From: an archaeon
GTDB lineage: Archaea > Iainarchaeota > Iainarchaeia > Iainarchaeales > DTGL01
DNA: 64,000 bases
Reading direction: 5' to 3'
Assembly (NCBI GenBank): GCA_029258755.1
Contig: JAPDKC010000010.1
Location: 12,534-76,533 of the forward strand
The notes under the pieces are model-generated. The model was not told where the DNA came from. It made no database searches and was given only the letters and a program-made list of their open reading frames with translations. The translations under genes were made by a program, and so were the position numbers. Below, piece after piece: positions 9,231 through 18,788 of this stretch (position 1 is the first letter of the stretch; every line of letters begins with the position of its first letter).

Positions 9231-9282
9231 AACAAACAGTTATACCAAAAGATTATTAACGCTGTGGGGTTTATTAATATTT

Positions 9283-9981
9283 ATGATAAAGGCGGTTCTC
9301 TTCGATCTTGATAATACGCTTATAGATTTTATGAAGATGAAAAAGTCCTGCAGCGAAGCTGCAATAAGAGCCATGATCGAAGCCGGCTTGAAGATAGATG
9401 AGGAATCCGGAATAAAGAAACTTTTTGAGATGTACGATCGGTACGGGATGGAAAACCAAAACATATTTGACAAATTCATAAGAGAAGTTCATGGCAAACT
9501 TGACTATAACATGCTTGCTAGAGCAATTGTTGCTTACAGAAAAGTTAAAGCCGGGCATCTAACTCCTTATCCTAATGTTGTGAAGACGCTCATAAAATTG
9601 AAGGAACGCTCCCTAAAGCTTGGAATAGTTAGCGATGCGCCTATAAAGCAAGCATGGCTCAGATTAGCTGAGCTTAATCTTTGTGATTTCTTCGATGTGG
9701 TTGTTGCCAGAGGACCTAAAGCGAAAGCAAAGCCGCATGTTATGCCATTTAAGAAGGCGTTGAAAGCCCTGAAGCTTAAACCTGAGGAAATACTCTTTGT
9801 AGGCGATAATCCAAAGGCAGATATATTAGGGGCAAAAAACATAGGGATGAAAACTGTTTTAGCTAAGTATGGGCAGGTTATTTATGAATCTAACATAAAA
9901 GCGGATTTTGAAATTAACGACATAAGCGAATTGTTAAGCATCATTGAGATTTTGAATAAAAACAACAAAAGGAATAAATAA
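9283..9981 (+). CDS. HAD-superfamily hydrolase (archaeal IA-type, probable nucleotidase)
   Basis: AVLFDLDNTL, IVSD, KP, FVGDNPKADI; true start set at ATG 9283. Confidence 0.92.
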   Translation: MIKAVLFDLDNTLIDFMKMKKSCSEAAIRAMIEAGLKIDEESGIKKLFEMYDRYGMENQNIFDKFIREVHGKLDYNMLARAIVAYRKVKAGHLTPYPNVVKTLIKLKERSLKLGIVSDAPIKQAWLRLAELNLCDFFDVVVARGPKAKAKPHVMPFKKALKALKLKPEEILFVGDNPKADILGAKNIGMKTVLAKYGQVIYESNIKADFEINDISELLSIIEILNKNNKRNK

Positions 9982-10026
9982 AATGAAGAAACTATTTTGT
10001 TTAATGGTAATGGTGGAGGTGAGTAA

Positions 10027-10434
10027 ATGCCAAGCATACGTGCCAAGCTAAATGCAGCAAGGCAGAGGATAAGAGAAAGAAAAGAAACAAGACTCACATC
10101 ACGCAAAAGAAAACTGGAAATTAGCATTGCTAGAACAAAAAACGAGCTACAAAAACTAAATAACGATCTGAATTTGGTGAGACAAGAGCTTGGACGAGCA
10201 CGCGAAGAGCATGAAGCAATACTAAATGCGTTGGTTCAAGGAAAGAAGCTACCGCAAAGGGTTGCTATGAGATTAAAAGCCGCAAGAAAGGCGACAACTA
10301 TTAGTGAGCTTCAAAGATTGGAAAGACGACTAGCACAAAGGATAAGCAAGCTTGCCGCTAGAGAACAGGCTCTTACAAGAAAAATAACAAAAACTGCAGA
10401 GATGCTCCAAAGACTACAACAGCAGAGCCCTTAG
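10027..10434 (+). CDS. Highly basic coiled-coil hypothetical protein
   Basis: 135 aa, R/K/Q/L-rich heptads, strong GGAGGTGA SD upstream of ATG. Confidence 0.75.
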   Translation: MPSIRAKLNAARQRIRERKETRLTSRKRKLEISIARTKNELQKLNNDLNLVRQELGRAREEHEAILNALVQGKKLPQRVAMRLKAARKATTISELQRLERRLAQRISKLAAREQALTRKITKTAEMLQRLQQQSP

Positions 10435-10459
10435 TACTAACGTGCATCCCTTTTAATTT

Positions 10460-11482
10460 TTAATATTCTTTAACCTCTAGCTTGCTCTCTTTTTCTTTTA
10501 TTTTTGCAATAAGAAGCTCTAAGCATTTATGCAATACCTGATCCGTTGAGGAAGCCTTGCCGGTAAACGCTGCAGCTGTTGCATGCCCTCCGCCCTCACC
10601 TTCAAAGAAATCCGAAAGCTTGTGAAATATATCCTTTGCTAGGTCTAAGTTATACTCTTGGATCAAGGAAAATCTTGCTCTGCCAGAGACCCTAATGTTA
10701 TGATCTTCCGCAGTACCAACAAATGCAACATCCGCACCAAGATGAATTAATGCTGCTGCTGACTGGGATTCAAACGCGCCTATCTCGCTGAGAACAATAA
10801 GCAATTTATTTACTCTAAAAAGCTTTGTGCGTTGCGCAGCTTTAAGCAATGCTATTCGCTCACTTAACTCTCGTTTAACAGAAAATAGCTCAATTAATTC
10901 GCTAAGTGTCTTATCTGTTTTTTCAAAAACTTCAGCCATTACTTTAAAAGTGTTTTTGCTTGCAAAAGAAAAGTGCGCAGTATCTGCTATAATACCACAC
11001 GCTGTTAGCAAAGCAATTTTTTCATTAAGCTTGTCTTGTGCATTGGCTGAGAGAAAACGCCATAAAACCTCGGTAGTTGAAGCTGCATCTTCAACTATAA
11101 TCGAATCCTCCTCTTTAGCGATTTTATCCTTGCCCTTGCTGTGATGGTCAAAAAGGAAAATATTGCCACTAAAGTTTTTCACTTTCTCAGCGAAAGAACC
11201 GAGCATACCGTAGGAGTTCAAATCAACTATTACTAAAGTATCGAAAAAAGAGAAATCTGGGGTAAGCGAATAGGGTATCTCCATTGTTTCTGCCAAACGT
11301 TTTGCAGAATTATTCAAATGCTCCGGAACACCTATCTCAACATAGTTTTTACCCAGCAAAAGCAATCTGACTATTGCTGCAGAAGCTAACGCATCTACAT
11401 CCGCACCTCTATGGGAAATCACTAATACCTTTTTGTCTTTGAGGTTTAAAAGTTCAGCTATGCCCATAAAGACCGCATTCAC
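10460..11482 (-). CDS. DHH/DHHA1 phosphoesterase
   Basis: SHRGADVD, IVD, FDHH, DT and GGGHATAAA; conserved position after prefoldin. Confidence 0.9.
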   Translation of the reverse strand: MNAVFMGIAELLNLKDKKVLVISHRGADVDALASAAIVRLLLLGKNYVEIGVPEHLNNSAKRLAETMEIPYSLTPDFSFFDTLVIVDLNSYGMLGSFAEKVKNFSGNIFLFDHHSKGKDKIAKEEDSIIVEDAASTTEVLWRFLSANAQDKLNEKIALLTACGIIADTAHFSFASKNTFKVMAEVFEKTDKTLSELIELFSVKRELSERIALLKAAQRTKLFRVNKLLIVLSEIGAFESQSAAALIHLGADVAFVGTAEDHNIRVSGRARFSLIQEYNLDLAKDIFHKLSDFFEGEGGGHATAAAFTGKASSTDQVLHKCLELLIAKIKEKESKLEVKEY

Positions 11483-11826
11483 TTTGCTTCTTTCTTCTCT
11501 TTGCTTTCACTTGTTTTCCCTTCTATCTGCGCCCTAAGCTTGTTAAGTTTATTTATCAAGGAATCCTCCTGCTTCTGCAAGGTTTCGATGCGCATATCCA
11601 GGGTTTCTTTAAGTTCTTTGAGCTCTTTTTCCACATCCTTAGCGTTCTTCTCTATCATTATATTGCCCACAAGCTTGTACACTTTATCTTGCTTAGATTC
11701 CTTGAGTTCTTTCAATGCATTCTCAACCATTGCAAGCTGCATCTGGAGCTGTTGCTTTCTTGCCCCTACAGCTACAAGTTGTTCGCGTCCCCTTTGAAAC
11801 TCTATAATCTTTTGTTCATCTGCCAT
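11479..11826 (-). CDS. pfdB: Prefoldin beta subunit
   Basis: Coiled coils around VYKLVGNIMI hairpin; GGAGG SD before ATG 11826. Confidence 0.93.
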   Translation of the reverse strand: MADEQKIIEFQRGREQLVAVGARKQQLQMQLAMVENALKELKESKQDKVYKLVGNIMIEKNAKDVEKELKELKETLDMRIETLQKQEDSLINKLNKLRAQIEGKTSESKEKKEAK

Positions 11827-11851
11827 ACAAAAACCTCCCAAACGTTTTTTA

Positions 11852-12100
11852 TTAGCTAAATCTTATTAAAATACTTTCAGCAAGCATAACATGCTTCATA
11901 AAGGAACTGAACGATGCTCTAAGCGCTATTGGATCCTTTGCAACAATCTTAAAATAAATCTTGTTTTTCTTCACCTTCAGTTTTGAGATCGAGCGTTTGT
12001 GTTTTTTTTGAATATCCGGTGTAATAGCATTAAAGATTATTCTAGCTTGTGCTTCCTTATCAAACTCGAGCTCTAGGTTCAGAGCATAGTTGTGCATCAT
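11852..12100 (-). CDS. pcc1: KEOPS complex subunit Pcc1
   Basis: ARIIFNAITPD..RS..IVAKDPIALRASFSSF; located between rpoP and pfdB. Confidence 0.85.
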   Translation of the reverse strand: MMHNYALNLELEFDKEAQARIIFNAITPDIQKKHKRSISKLKVKKNKIYFKIVAKDPIALRASFSSFMKHVMLAESILIRFS

Positions 12101-12228
12101 CTCGCCTTTATTTTTTTGGTAACCGGTGGTCTTGCTTTGAGCACTATTCTGTAAGCGCAAAAAGGACACCTTATCTGCCCTTTAGGTAACTCTTCAAATT
12201 CTTTCCCGCAACGAGCACATTTATACAT
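12097..12228 (-). CDS. rpoP: RNA polymerase subunit P (Rpo12)
   Basis: MYKCARCG..IRCPFCAYRIVLKARP..KAR. Confidence 0.95.
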   Translation of the reverse strand: MYKCARCGKEFEELPKGQIRCPFCAYRIVLKARPPVTKKIKAR

Positions 12229-12241
12229 GATAACGCCTCCT

Positions 12242-12607
12242 TTATTCCTGTTTTGCCTCTTCTTTTTCTTCTTCCTTCGTTTCGGAAGCTTCGGCCTGTT
12301 CTTCAGCACCTTCCGTAGTGAGCAAAAGTTCTTTCATAAGCGGAACGAACTTCCTCTGCTTAACCATTCTAACAACTATTCTGCCAGTCATCGTAGATGG
12401 CGTATATGCACCGCCTGCAAACTCAGCGCCGCATTTTCTGCATTTGTAAATCCCTGTCGAAATTCTTTTTACCTTCTTGAAACCGCAGTTTGGGCATTTG
12501 TGTGGTTTGCGCTGCTTTTCCTCAACTTTCAGCACTCTTTCACGAATACCCCTTCCATAACGAACTCCAAATCTGCCTGCATACCTTACCTTTTTTGTTT
12601 CACCCAT
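12242..12607 (-). CDS. rpl37ae: 50S ribosomal protein L37ae (eL43) with acidic C-terminal tail
   Basis: GRFGVRYG, CPNC..VKRISTGIYKCRKC, AGGAY. Confidence 0.95.
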   Translation of the reverse strand: MGETKKVRYAGRFGVRYGRGIRERVLKVEEKQRKPHKCPNCGFKKVKRISTGIYKCRKCGAEFAGGAYTPSTMTGRIVVRMVKQRKFVPLMKELLLTTEGAEEQAEASETKEEEKEEAKQE

Positions 12608-13399
12608 TTACTCCACCTTTAGAAGTTTTCTTAATTCAGCGGATTTTTCAAAAGCAAGATCTATGCACTGTTCTATCTCCGCTTGTGTAAAAGAACCAGG
12701 GCCTCCCTTTTGTAAAGCAGACATTAGCTTTTCTTCTGTTGTCCCTATGGAAATCCTTGCATCCATCGCTTTTTCCTCCGCTATTGCTGGATCTAGCAAA
12801 AGTTTTCCATTTATCTTTGCAAATGTTGTCAGCAAAGGTCTCTTTGCGACCTCAAGCTTGCCAACGAACTCATCTTTAACTATCTTATCATCCTCAAGCT
12901 TTGGAATCTTTGTATTAAGCAATGCACCCAATGCAGCTAATGAGCTAGCATCAAAGAGATTGCCAGAATCATTGGCAACATATATGTCGATGAAAACAAA
13001 CCATGCCTTTTCACCTTCTTCTATGCATAATTTCTTAAAATCTATAGCTTTGCTTTCCCTTATGCATCTATCAACTACTCTCGCTAACTCAGTTGCGTTT
13101 TGATCTGGTGGCCCTGGCTCAAACACTGGCGAAGCCATGGGCATAAATTCTACGCCAACGGTTATAGAACCCTCATCTGGCGTATCTGGATATGGCTCAG
13201 CAACATCCATCTTTACGCCAGCAATAACGTCTGTTTCCCCTAAAACAACCCTGCAAGAACCATGTGCGTTCTTTGAAAAGTCCGTTTCTATTTTGATAGG
13301 TCTATATTCGTATAAAGCCCTTCCATCTAACCTTTGCGAGGATTTTATGAGCTCTCTAACTTTATCTGAGCGCAATTCCCAAATTATATCATCCCTCAT
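12608..13399 (-). CDS. rrp42: Exosome subunit Rrp42
   Basis: RLDGR..EYR, GSCRVVLGET, PYPDTP.EG, ELARVVDR, GNLFDA; GAGGTG SD before ATG 13399. Confidence 0.95.
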   Translation of the reverse strand: MRDDIIWELRSDKVRELIKSSQRLDGRALYEYRPIKIETDFSKNAHGSCRVVLGETDVIAGVKMDVAEPYPDTPDEGSITVGVEFMPMASPVFEPGPPDQNATELARVVDRCIRESKAIDFKKLCIEEGEKAWFVFIDIYVANDSGNLFDASSLAALGALLNTKIPKLEDDKIVKDEFVGKLEVAKRPLLTTFAKINGKLLLDPAIAEEKAMDARISIGTTEEKLMSALQKGGPGSFTQAEIEQCIDLAFEKSAELRKLLKVE

Positions 13400-13418
13400 G
13401 TTTAGCACCTCTGCAAGC

Positions 13419-14216
13419 TTACTTTTTTTCAACCTTCTTTAGTTCTTTGTCGATTTGCTTTATCGTCTTTTCTTCCTCCTCAGCGATCTCTTCATACTTT
13501 CGCTTAAGCGCCTTTTTCTGTATCTCGTATACTTGAAGACATCCTTTGATGCCAAGCTCGAACGCTTTCTTCCACTCCTCTTTTCCGATGAGCCCATCCA
13601 TTTGAAGCAGCACTACTTCTTTTGTGCGGGGCATTATAGCAAGCGGCATATCTACAGCATCGCTTGCATCCTCTTCGGCTTTACAAGGGTCTAGAATGAT
13701 TGTACCTGCTGCTCTGCCAACAGCGCAAGCAGAAACCAAATCGCGCATAGGAATGCCCGCGTCTGCTAAAGCAACACTTGCAGCTGTAAGCGCAGCACAT
13801 CTTGTGCCAGCGTTGCTATCGAAAAGATAAACGTAGATATCTATTGTGGTGTTTGGAAACCTTTCTACAAATATAGCTCTTTCTAACGCTTCGCCACTTA
13901 CCTTGGATATTTCTATCTCACGCCTTCCTGGTTTAGGGCTTTTCCTGTCAGGAACGGAAAACGTAGCCATTCTGTAGACATAATTCACAAGTGCTTTTGT
14001 AGGATCCTGGATATGCTGAGGCAAAGCTTCTCTGGGCCCAAAAACACCAACAAGAGCTTTATTTTGCCCCCATTCTATATAAGCAGAACCTTCAGCCCTG
14101 CTAAGTACGGAAGGAACTATCTTTATAGGTCTGAGCTCATCCACCTTTCTACCATCAACCCTTTTACCTTCTGAATTTATATAAACGATTTCCTCACTTT
14201 TTGCCAAAAGCACCAC
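13419..14216 (-). CDS. rrp41: Exosome subunit Rrp41 (RNase PH-like)
   Basis: RVDGR..ELRP, GPRE, YRMATFS..RK, AGTR, DMP, LLQMDG. Confidence 0.95.
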   Translation of the reverse strand: MVLLAKSEEIVYINSEGKRVDGRKVDELRPIKIVPSVLSRAEGSAYIEWGQNKALVGVFGPREALPQHIQDPTKALVNYVYRMATFSVPDRKSPKPGRREIEISKVSGEALERAIFVERFPNTTIDIYVYLFDSNAGTRCAALTAASVALADAGIPMRDLVSACAVGRAAGTIILDPCKAEEDASDAVDMPLAIMPRTKEVVLLQMDGLIGKEEWKKAFELGIKGCLQVYEIQKKALKRKYEEIAEEEEKTIKQIDKELKKVEKK

Positions 14217-14832
14217 CTTTTTTCTTTTCTTCTTCCAACATCTTTTGTACTCTCAGAGTCAGATTGCTTAAATGTGATTCGCGTTCTATCTTTGCTAAGG
14301 CCTTTTTAAGAAGCTCTATATTGCCACCTTTTGCCCATATTCGGCCATTCATGCCAACCATAAGAGAGCAGCCAGTGCCTTTTTTTAGAATGTTAAGCAT
14401 GCTAGCGTTTTTCCCTATGACGCGGGGAACCTTGACTGGTGAGATTGTAAGAATTTCGCCGCCTCGAAAAACCCTTATATCTGAAAGGGTTGCTGCATTT
14501 ATTTCATCAACCTTAACTATTTTCGCACTTACTATCGTACCTTTTTTAAGAGGTATTTTTATCTCTTCTTTCGGAACGAAGGAGTAGTAAAAGGAATTGA
14601 TATCTATCGCATAATAGGAATATTCCTCAGCAACGACTATTCCTATTACAACATCTCCTGCCTTTGGCATGTATTTTCCTTGAAGCGGGACAACTCTCAC
14701 GCTACCTCTCTCGATCTTTACAAGGCCGACAGTATCTGAATAAATTTTGCCATTTTCAACAAAAACGTGCGGACCGAGCTTCATACGCCTCGTTGTAATA
14801 AGCTCGCCTGGGATTACGAGCCTGCCTTGCAT
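14194..14832 (-). CDS. rrp4: Exosome RNA-binding subunit Rrp4
   Basis: VIPGE, YMPKAGDVVIG (S1 domain), PVKVPRVIGK..GMNGRIW (KH domain). Confidence 0.93.
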   Translation of the reverse strand: MQGRLVIPGELITTRRMKLGPHVFVENGKIYSDTVGLVKIERGSVRVVPLQGKYMPKAGDVVIGIVVAEEYSYYAIDINSFYYSFVPKEEIKIPLKKGTIVSAKIVKVDEINAATLSDIRVFRGGEILTISPVKVPRVIGKNASMLNILKKGTGCSLMVGMNGRIWAKGGNIELLKKALAKIERESHLSNLTLRVQKMLEEEKKKGGAFGKK

Positions 14833-14833
14833 T

Positions 14834-15535
14834 TCACGCACCTTCATTCAGTATCTTTACCTCCGCTTCTCCATGAGTGAGTTTGCTTATTTTATCTATA
14901 AGCTCATTTTTTAGCCCTGCTGGAACCTCAAGCAGAGCTATCAAGCTGCCATCACTTTGCCATTCCTGCTTTTTCACATCATACTCATAAAGCATTGAGC
15001 TTGCTTTGCCTGCATACTGTGCAGGCACCTTAATAGCTATCTCGAATCTTTCTACAGAGATTGGTAGCACGCGCTTAAGCTCTTTGAGTATTCTGTTTGC
15101 TTGCTCTTCGGCTGGCTCAAATTCGTTTATGTTCACCTTTAGTTCCTCTAGGGCTTTCTCTATTCTCGCTGGTGGATGCGGTGCATTAGTTTGCGGATTG
15201 TAAGCATTTTTGCATATTATCTGTATTATCTCTCTTTTCTTCTTCTCTCTAAGCTCTCTTCTCTGCTCGGTTGTTAGCTGAAGTTCGCCTTTTGTTATTA
15301 TTTTTTTAGCGATCTCCTTTATATCATCTGTTCCGAAAACCTCCATAATGAGTGCTTCTGATTGGCGTTCACCACGCATCGCGTCTTTAAAAACCTCATC
15401 TACCGCTAGCAACTCCTCGAAATCAACCTCTCTGTTTTTACGCAACTCCATCGCTAACTTAGGATCAACTAAAATTTCGAACTTATTATTAGCATGTATA
15501 TAACGAGCTATTACGGCATCTTCAAGCTTTACCAT
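14834..15535 (-). CDS. Ribosome maturation factor SBDS/Sdo1
   Basis: KFEILVDP, GELQLTTEQR, NPQTNAPHPPARIE. Confidence 0.95.
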   Translation of the reverse strand: MVKLEDAVIARYIHANNKFEILVDPKLAMELRKNREVDFEELLAVDEVFKDAMRGERQSEALIMEVFGTDDIKEIAKKIITKGELQLTTEQRRELREKKKREIIQIICKNAYNPQTNAPHPPARIEKALEELKVNINEFEPAEEQANRILKELKRVLPISVERFEIAIKVPAQYAGKASSMLYEYDVKKQEWQSDGSLIALLEVPAGLKNELIDKISKLTHGEAEVKILNEGA

Positions 15536-15548
15536 CGCTTACCACTGC

Positions 15549-16277
15549 TCACTTTCCAAGCACGTGTTTTAGCTCTTTAGCTGTAAGCTTTGTGTAAGGC
15601 ACTTCCTCCTCTATGTAAGCGAATTCTAGATTGCTGACGTTGAACGCTTCACCCTTTTCCTTGCATTGCTTTATTATGTTAGCTATAAGTCTTACGCCTT
15701 CCTCAAAGCTTAGTTTTTCGTTATACTTTTTCTCTAGAAGTTCCATCGCTTTTTTCTTGTTCTTTCCTATGGCAGTAGCTTTATACTCCGCCAAGGCGCC
15801 AGAAGGCTCTGTTTCAAATATCCTTTTTCTGCCGTTATTTATGCCACCTATTATTAAGCTTACGCCGAAGGGGCGCATGCCAGCATACTGCGTAAATATC
15901 TGCTTTATGGATGCAATCTCTTTTACAAGCACTTCTACGTCTATCTTCTCCTCAAAATAAATCATGTTTTCCTGTGCCTTTTCGCGTGCGATCCTTATTA
16001 AGCGCCTTGCGTCACCAACTAAGCCAGCGCTTATGGCACCTATATGGTCATCTATCTTGAAAAGCTTCTCAACAGATTCTGGAAGCATTAAAGGGCTTGT
16101 TATTGCTTTATCTGCACCGAAAAGAACGCCCTTGTTATAGATGAGCGCTATGCCCAAAGTTCCTTGCTCAACTATTTTTGATGCATATTCAACCTGATAA
16201 AGCCTGCCCTTTGGGGAAAACATGGTAGCGGCTCTATCATATGCTGTTGCTATTCTTTGGCTATCGTCTATGTACAA
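15549..16277 (-). CDS. psmA: Proteasome alpha subunit
   Basis: YDRAATMFSPKGRLYQVEYA, RPFGVSLI, EPSG. Confidence 0.96.
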   Translation of the reverse strand: MYIDDSQRIATAYDRAATMFSPKGRLYQVEYASKIVEQGTLGIALIYNKGVLFGADKAITSPLMLPESVEKLFKIDDHIGAISAGLVGDARRLIRIAREKAQENMIYFEEKIDVEVLVKEIASIKQIFTQYAGMRPFGVSLIIGGINNGRKRIFETEPSGALAEYKATAIGKNKKKAMELLEKKYNEKLSFEEGVRLIANIIKQCKEKGEAFNVSNLEFAYIEEEVPYTKLTAKELKHVLGK

Positions 16278-16410
16278 CTAATTTCACCTCTTAAGCATGA
16301 GTTTAAGTACGCAAACAAGAAAGCTGGTAAATCAAACTATTTAATGCTCCATAATAATTTAAATGTTTTCTGCAAAGGCCTCTTCGAGGCTATTTTGCCC
16401 GTATTTTGCT

Positions 16411-16761
16411 TTATTTTGCACTTTCGCGCAGCTTTCTCAAGGTACCGCTAACCAAAAGCACTCTAGGCACAACTGTGCTATCTTTTACTTCCCTAACGAA
16501 TTGAAGCGCTGCTATTGCATGCTCTTTTGCTGAGCGCTCGCACTTTAGTATGCCCCTATTTTGCTCCTTATCCCATTCGATAAGCTTTGCGCTTACACGT
16601 GCCGAACCAAACGAGCCGAAAAGAGAAAGGAAAGCATCATTTAATGCATAAGCGACATCGTTAGTTTCTAACTTATTGTCGCAGATAAGCTCGAATAGAA
16701 TATAGCGCTTCTTTTCCCTGAGTGTCGGCGGAATCGGATTAAGCCTCTTTTTTGTTTTCAT
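16411..16761 (-). CDS. rnp2: RNase P subunit Pop5/Rpp14
   Basis: PPTLREKKRYI, LFGSFGS, VSGTLRKL; ATG 16761 chosen. Confidence 0.92.
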   Translation of the reverse strand: MKTKKRLNPIPPTLREKKRYILFELICDNKLETNDVAYALNDAFLSLFGSFGSARVSAKLIEWDKEQNRGILKCERSAKEHAIAALQFVREVKDSTVVPRVLLVSGTLRKLRESAK

Positions 16762-16799
16762 ACTAAGATTAAAAATATGTTTTAATCTTTTAATACAAT

Positions 16800-17621
16800 A
16801 TGGCAAAATCCGTTTTCTTGCAGTTAGCGGTGCTTTTTCTTATAACCCAGATTCTTGGGCTTATGGTAGCAAATGGCCTTATAAAAGAGAACATAAAAGC
16901 CACTATAGTAACTGAAAATCCAGAGGATATAGAGAATGCTCTGGGTCTCTTCGCATATATTATTACTATAACTGTAGTTGTGCTTATCATAATCTCCTTC
17001 AAAAGAGCCTCTCTGATGCTCTTTATCCTCGAGCTTTCTGCCATATTTGCTACCTCAGTTATTGTTTTTGGCATACTGCTCCCTGAGATAGCCGGCATGC
17101 TTGCTATCCTTTTGCTATCGCTTCGAATCCTGCTAAAGGATAGCATCCTCATAAGAAATATCGCTTGCTTGATTGCTGTTGCAGGAGCCGGCTCGCTTAT
17201 AGGCGTAAGCCTGGGTGTTTTGCCAGTAGTGCTCTTTATTGCAATATTGGCAATCTATGATTATGTGGCGGTTTTCAAAACAAAGCACATGGTTAAAATA
17301 GCAAAGACTGTAGTGAAGGAAAAGCTAGCGTTTACTTTCAGCATTCCAGGTAAAAATAAGGTGTATCAGCTCGGTACTGGCGATTTGGTTATGCCCCTTG
17401 TTTTTGTCACTTCAGTAATGAATAAGGCAAAGCAAGCGATAGGCATATATGCAACTATTCCAATAATAGCTACTATTATGCTAGCGTCATTGCTTGGATT
17501 GTTAGCAACGCTTTATTATAGTGCTAAAAAGAGAAAAGTATTGCCAGCGCTTCCGCTGCAAACCCTGTATATGCTTATTGCATGGGCTTCTTTCCTTGCA
17601 TTAGGTGCACCCGTATTATGA
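16800..17621 (+). CDS. Presenilin/SPP-family intramembrane aspartyl protease
   Basis: YD (AIYDYVAVFKTKHM), LGTGD and PALP motifs; about 9 TMs. Confidence 0.92.
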   Translation: MAKSVFLQLAVLFLITQILGLMVANGLIKENIKATIVTENPEDIENALGLFAYIITITVVVLIIISFKRASLMLFILELSAIFATSVIVFGILLPEIAGMLAILLLSLRILLKDSILIRNIACLIAVAGAGSLIGVSLGVLPVVLFIAILAIYDYVAVFKTKHMVKIAKTVVKEKLAFTFSIPGKNKVYQLGTGDLVMPLVFVTSVMNKAKQAIGIYATIPIIATIMLASLLGLLATLYYSAKKRKVLPALPLQTLYMLIAWASFLALGAPVL

Positions 17622-17626
17622 AGGTA

Positions 17627-18736
17627 TTATAAATAATCTCCTATGCGGCTTTGCATACTATTTCCTATTTTTATAAAAGGCCTTGCTCTTCTGACAACAA
17701 CTCCTAAAGCCGCTAGCTCTTTTACATCTCTTATCCTTTTACCTTCTTCTCTTAGCTCTATTATTCTTCTGGCGCTTTTTGGACCTATGCCTGGCACATG
17801 CAATAGCTCATCATAGCTAGCGTCATTTATATCCAGCGGGGCATCAAAGTAGTGCATAGCTAAATGAATCTTTGGATCGCCTTTTGGTAGGTTGCCATCA
17901 ACCATTATTTGTTCAAACTCTTTTAGAGGAAAACCATATTTCCTAAGCAGGTAGTCGGCCATATATAGGCGCCTTTCTCTTTCATCAGGAGTTTCTTCCT
18001 TATGCTCTAACGGTGTTCCTTTTAATGGTTTAAATGCGCTAAAATAAGCCCTTTTTAGTCCAACCTTTTTATATTGCCAACAAAGCATCCTTAGTATTTC
18101 TGCATCGCTTTCATTAGCGGCACCAACAACAAACTGCGTTGTGTGACCAAAGCGTAAGTTTTGTTTCGCTATCCAGCGCTGTCTGCGCAACAAATCTATT
18201 TTATAGTCCTTTGTGCTGCTTAGTTCAGCTAACCTAGAAGCACTAGGGGCTTCAATATTTATTGATACCCTGTCAGCTAGCAGGCATGCTTCTTTTAGAA
18301 GCTCTCGTGAAATACCAGGTAGAATCTTCAAATGAATGTATCCTTGAAAGCGATACTTTTCCCTTATTAAGCGCACAGCTTCAAGCATTCTCTCTTCAGC
18401 TAAATCAGCATCGCAAGTAACTGCCGAGGAGAGAAAGAGACCTTCTACAAGGCGATTTTTATACAGCCTGTAAAAGAGCTCTGCGAGCTCTTCTGGCGTA
18501 AAAGCTGCTTTTGGCTTGCTACAGCATGCTGAATTCTGGCAATACTTACAATCGAATGAGCAAGCATTGCTCATTAGAACCTTAAAAATAGGTACAACAC
18601 AGCCGCTTTTGTCAGAATAATAGATCCCTGGAAAGCGAGCTCTTCTAAACTCGCTTTTTCTGCTAAGCGATACCGCATTGCATCTATCCCACTTACTGCT
18701 TGCTCCTAAGATTCGAGCTTTTTCGATAACGTTCAT
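17627..18736 (-). CDS. Putative DNA modification/repair radical SAM protein with HhH domain (TIGR03916-like)
   Basis: CSFDCKYC, GLFLSS, GYIHLK, ADRVSINIE, TQFVVGA, RE.RLY.AD.L.R.YGF, DINDA..LLHVPGIGPKSA. Confidence 0.92.
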   Translation of the reverse strand: MNVIEKARILGASSKWDRCNAVSLSRKSEFRRARFPGIYYSDKSGCVVPIFKVLMSNACSFDCKYCQNSACCSKPKAAFTPEELAELFYRLYKNRLVEGLFLSSAVTCDADLAEERMLEAVRLIREKYRFQGYIHLKILPGISRELLKEACLLADRVSINIEAPSASRLAELSSTKDYKIDLLRRQRWIAKQNLRFGHTTQFVVGAANESDAEILRMLCWQYKKVGLKRAYFSAFKPLKGTPLEHKEETPDERERRLYMADYLLRKYGFPLKEFEQIMVDGNLPKGDPKIHLAMHYFDAPLDINDASYDELLHVPGIGPKSARRIIELREEGKRIRDVKELAALGVVVRRARPFIKIGNSMQSRIGDYL

Positions 18737-18788
18737 CTTGCAATAAAAAGAGCAAAATAAAAATTAATTCAAGCAAAGTTCGGTTCCG

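Noticed and set aside
9124-9282. N-terminal extension of the HAD hydrolase
   Set aside because: Overlaps the antisense zinc-ribbon microgene; HAD motif I begins right after ATG 9283
16378-16390. Small hairpin GCCTC-TTC-GAGGC between pop5 and psmA
   Set aside because: A 5-bp stem is too short to support an ncRNA or terminator call
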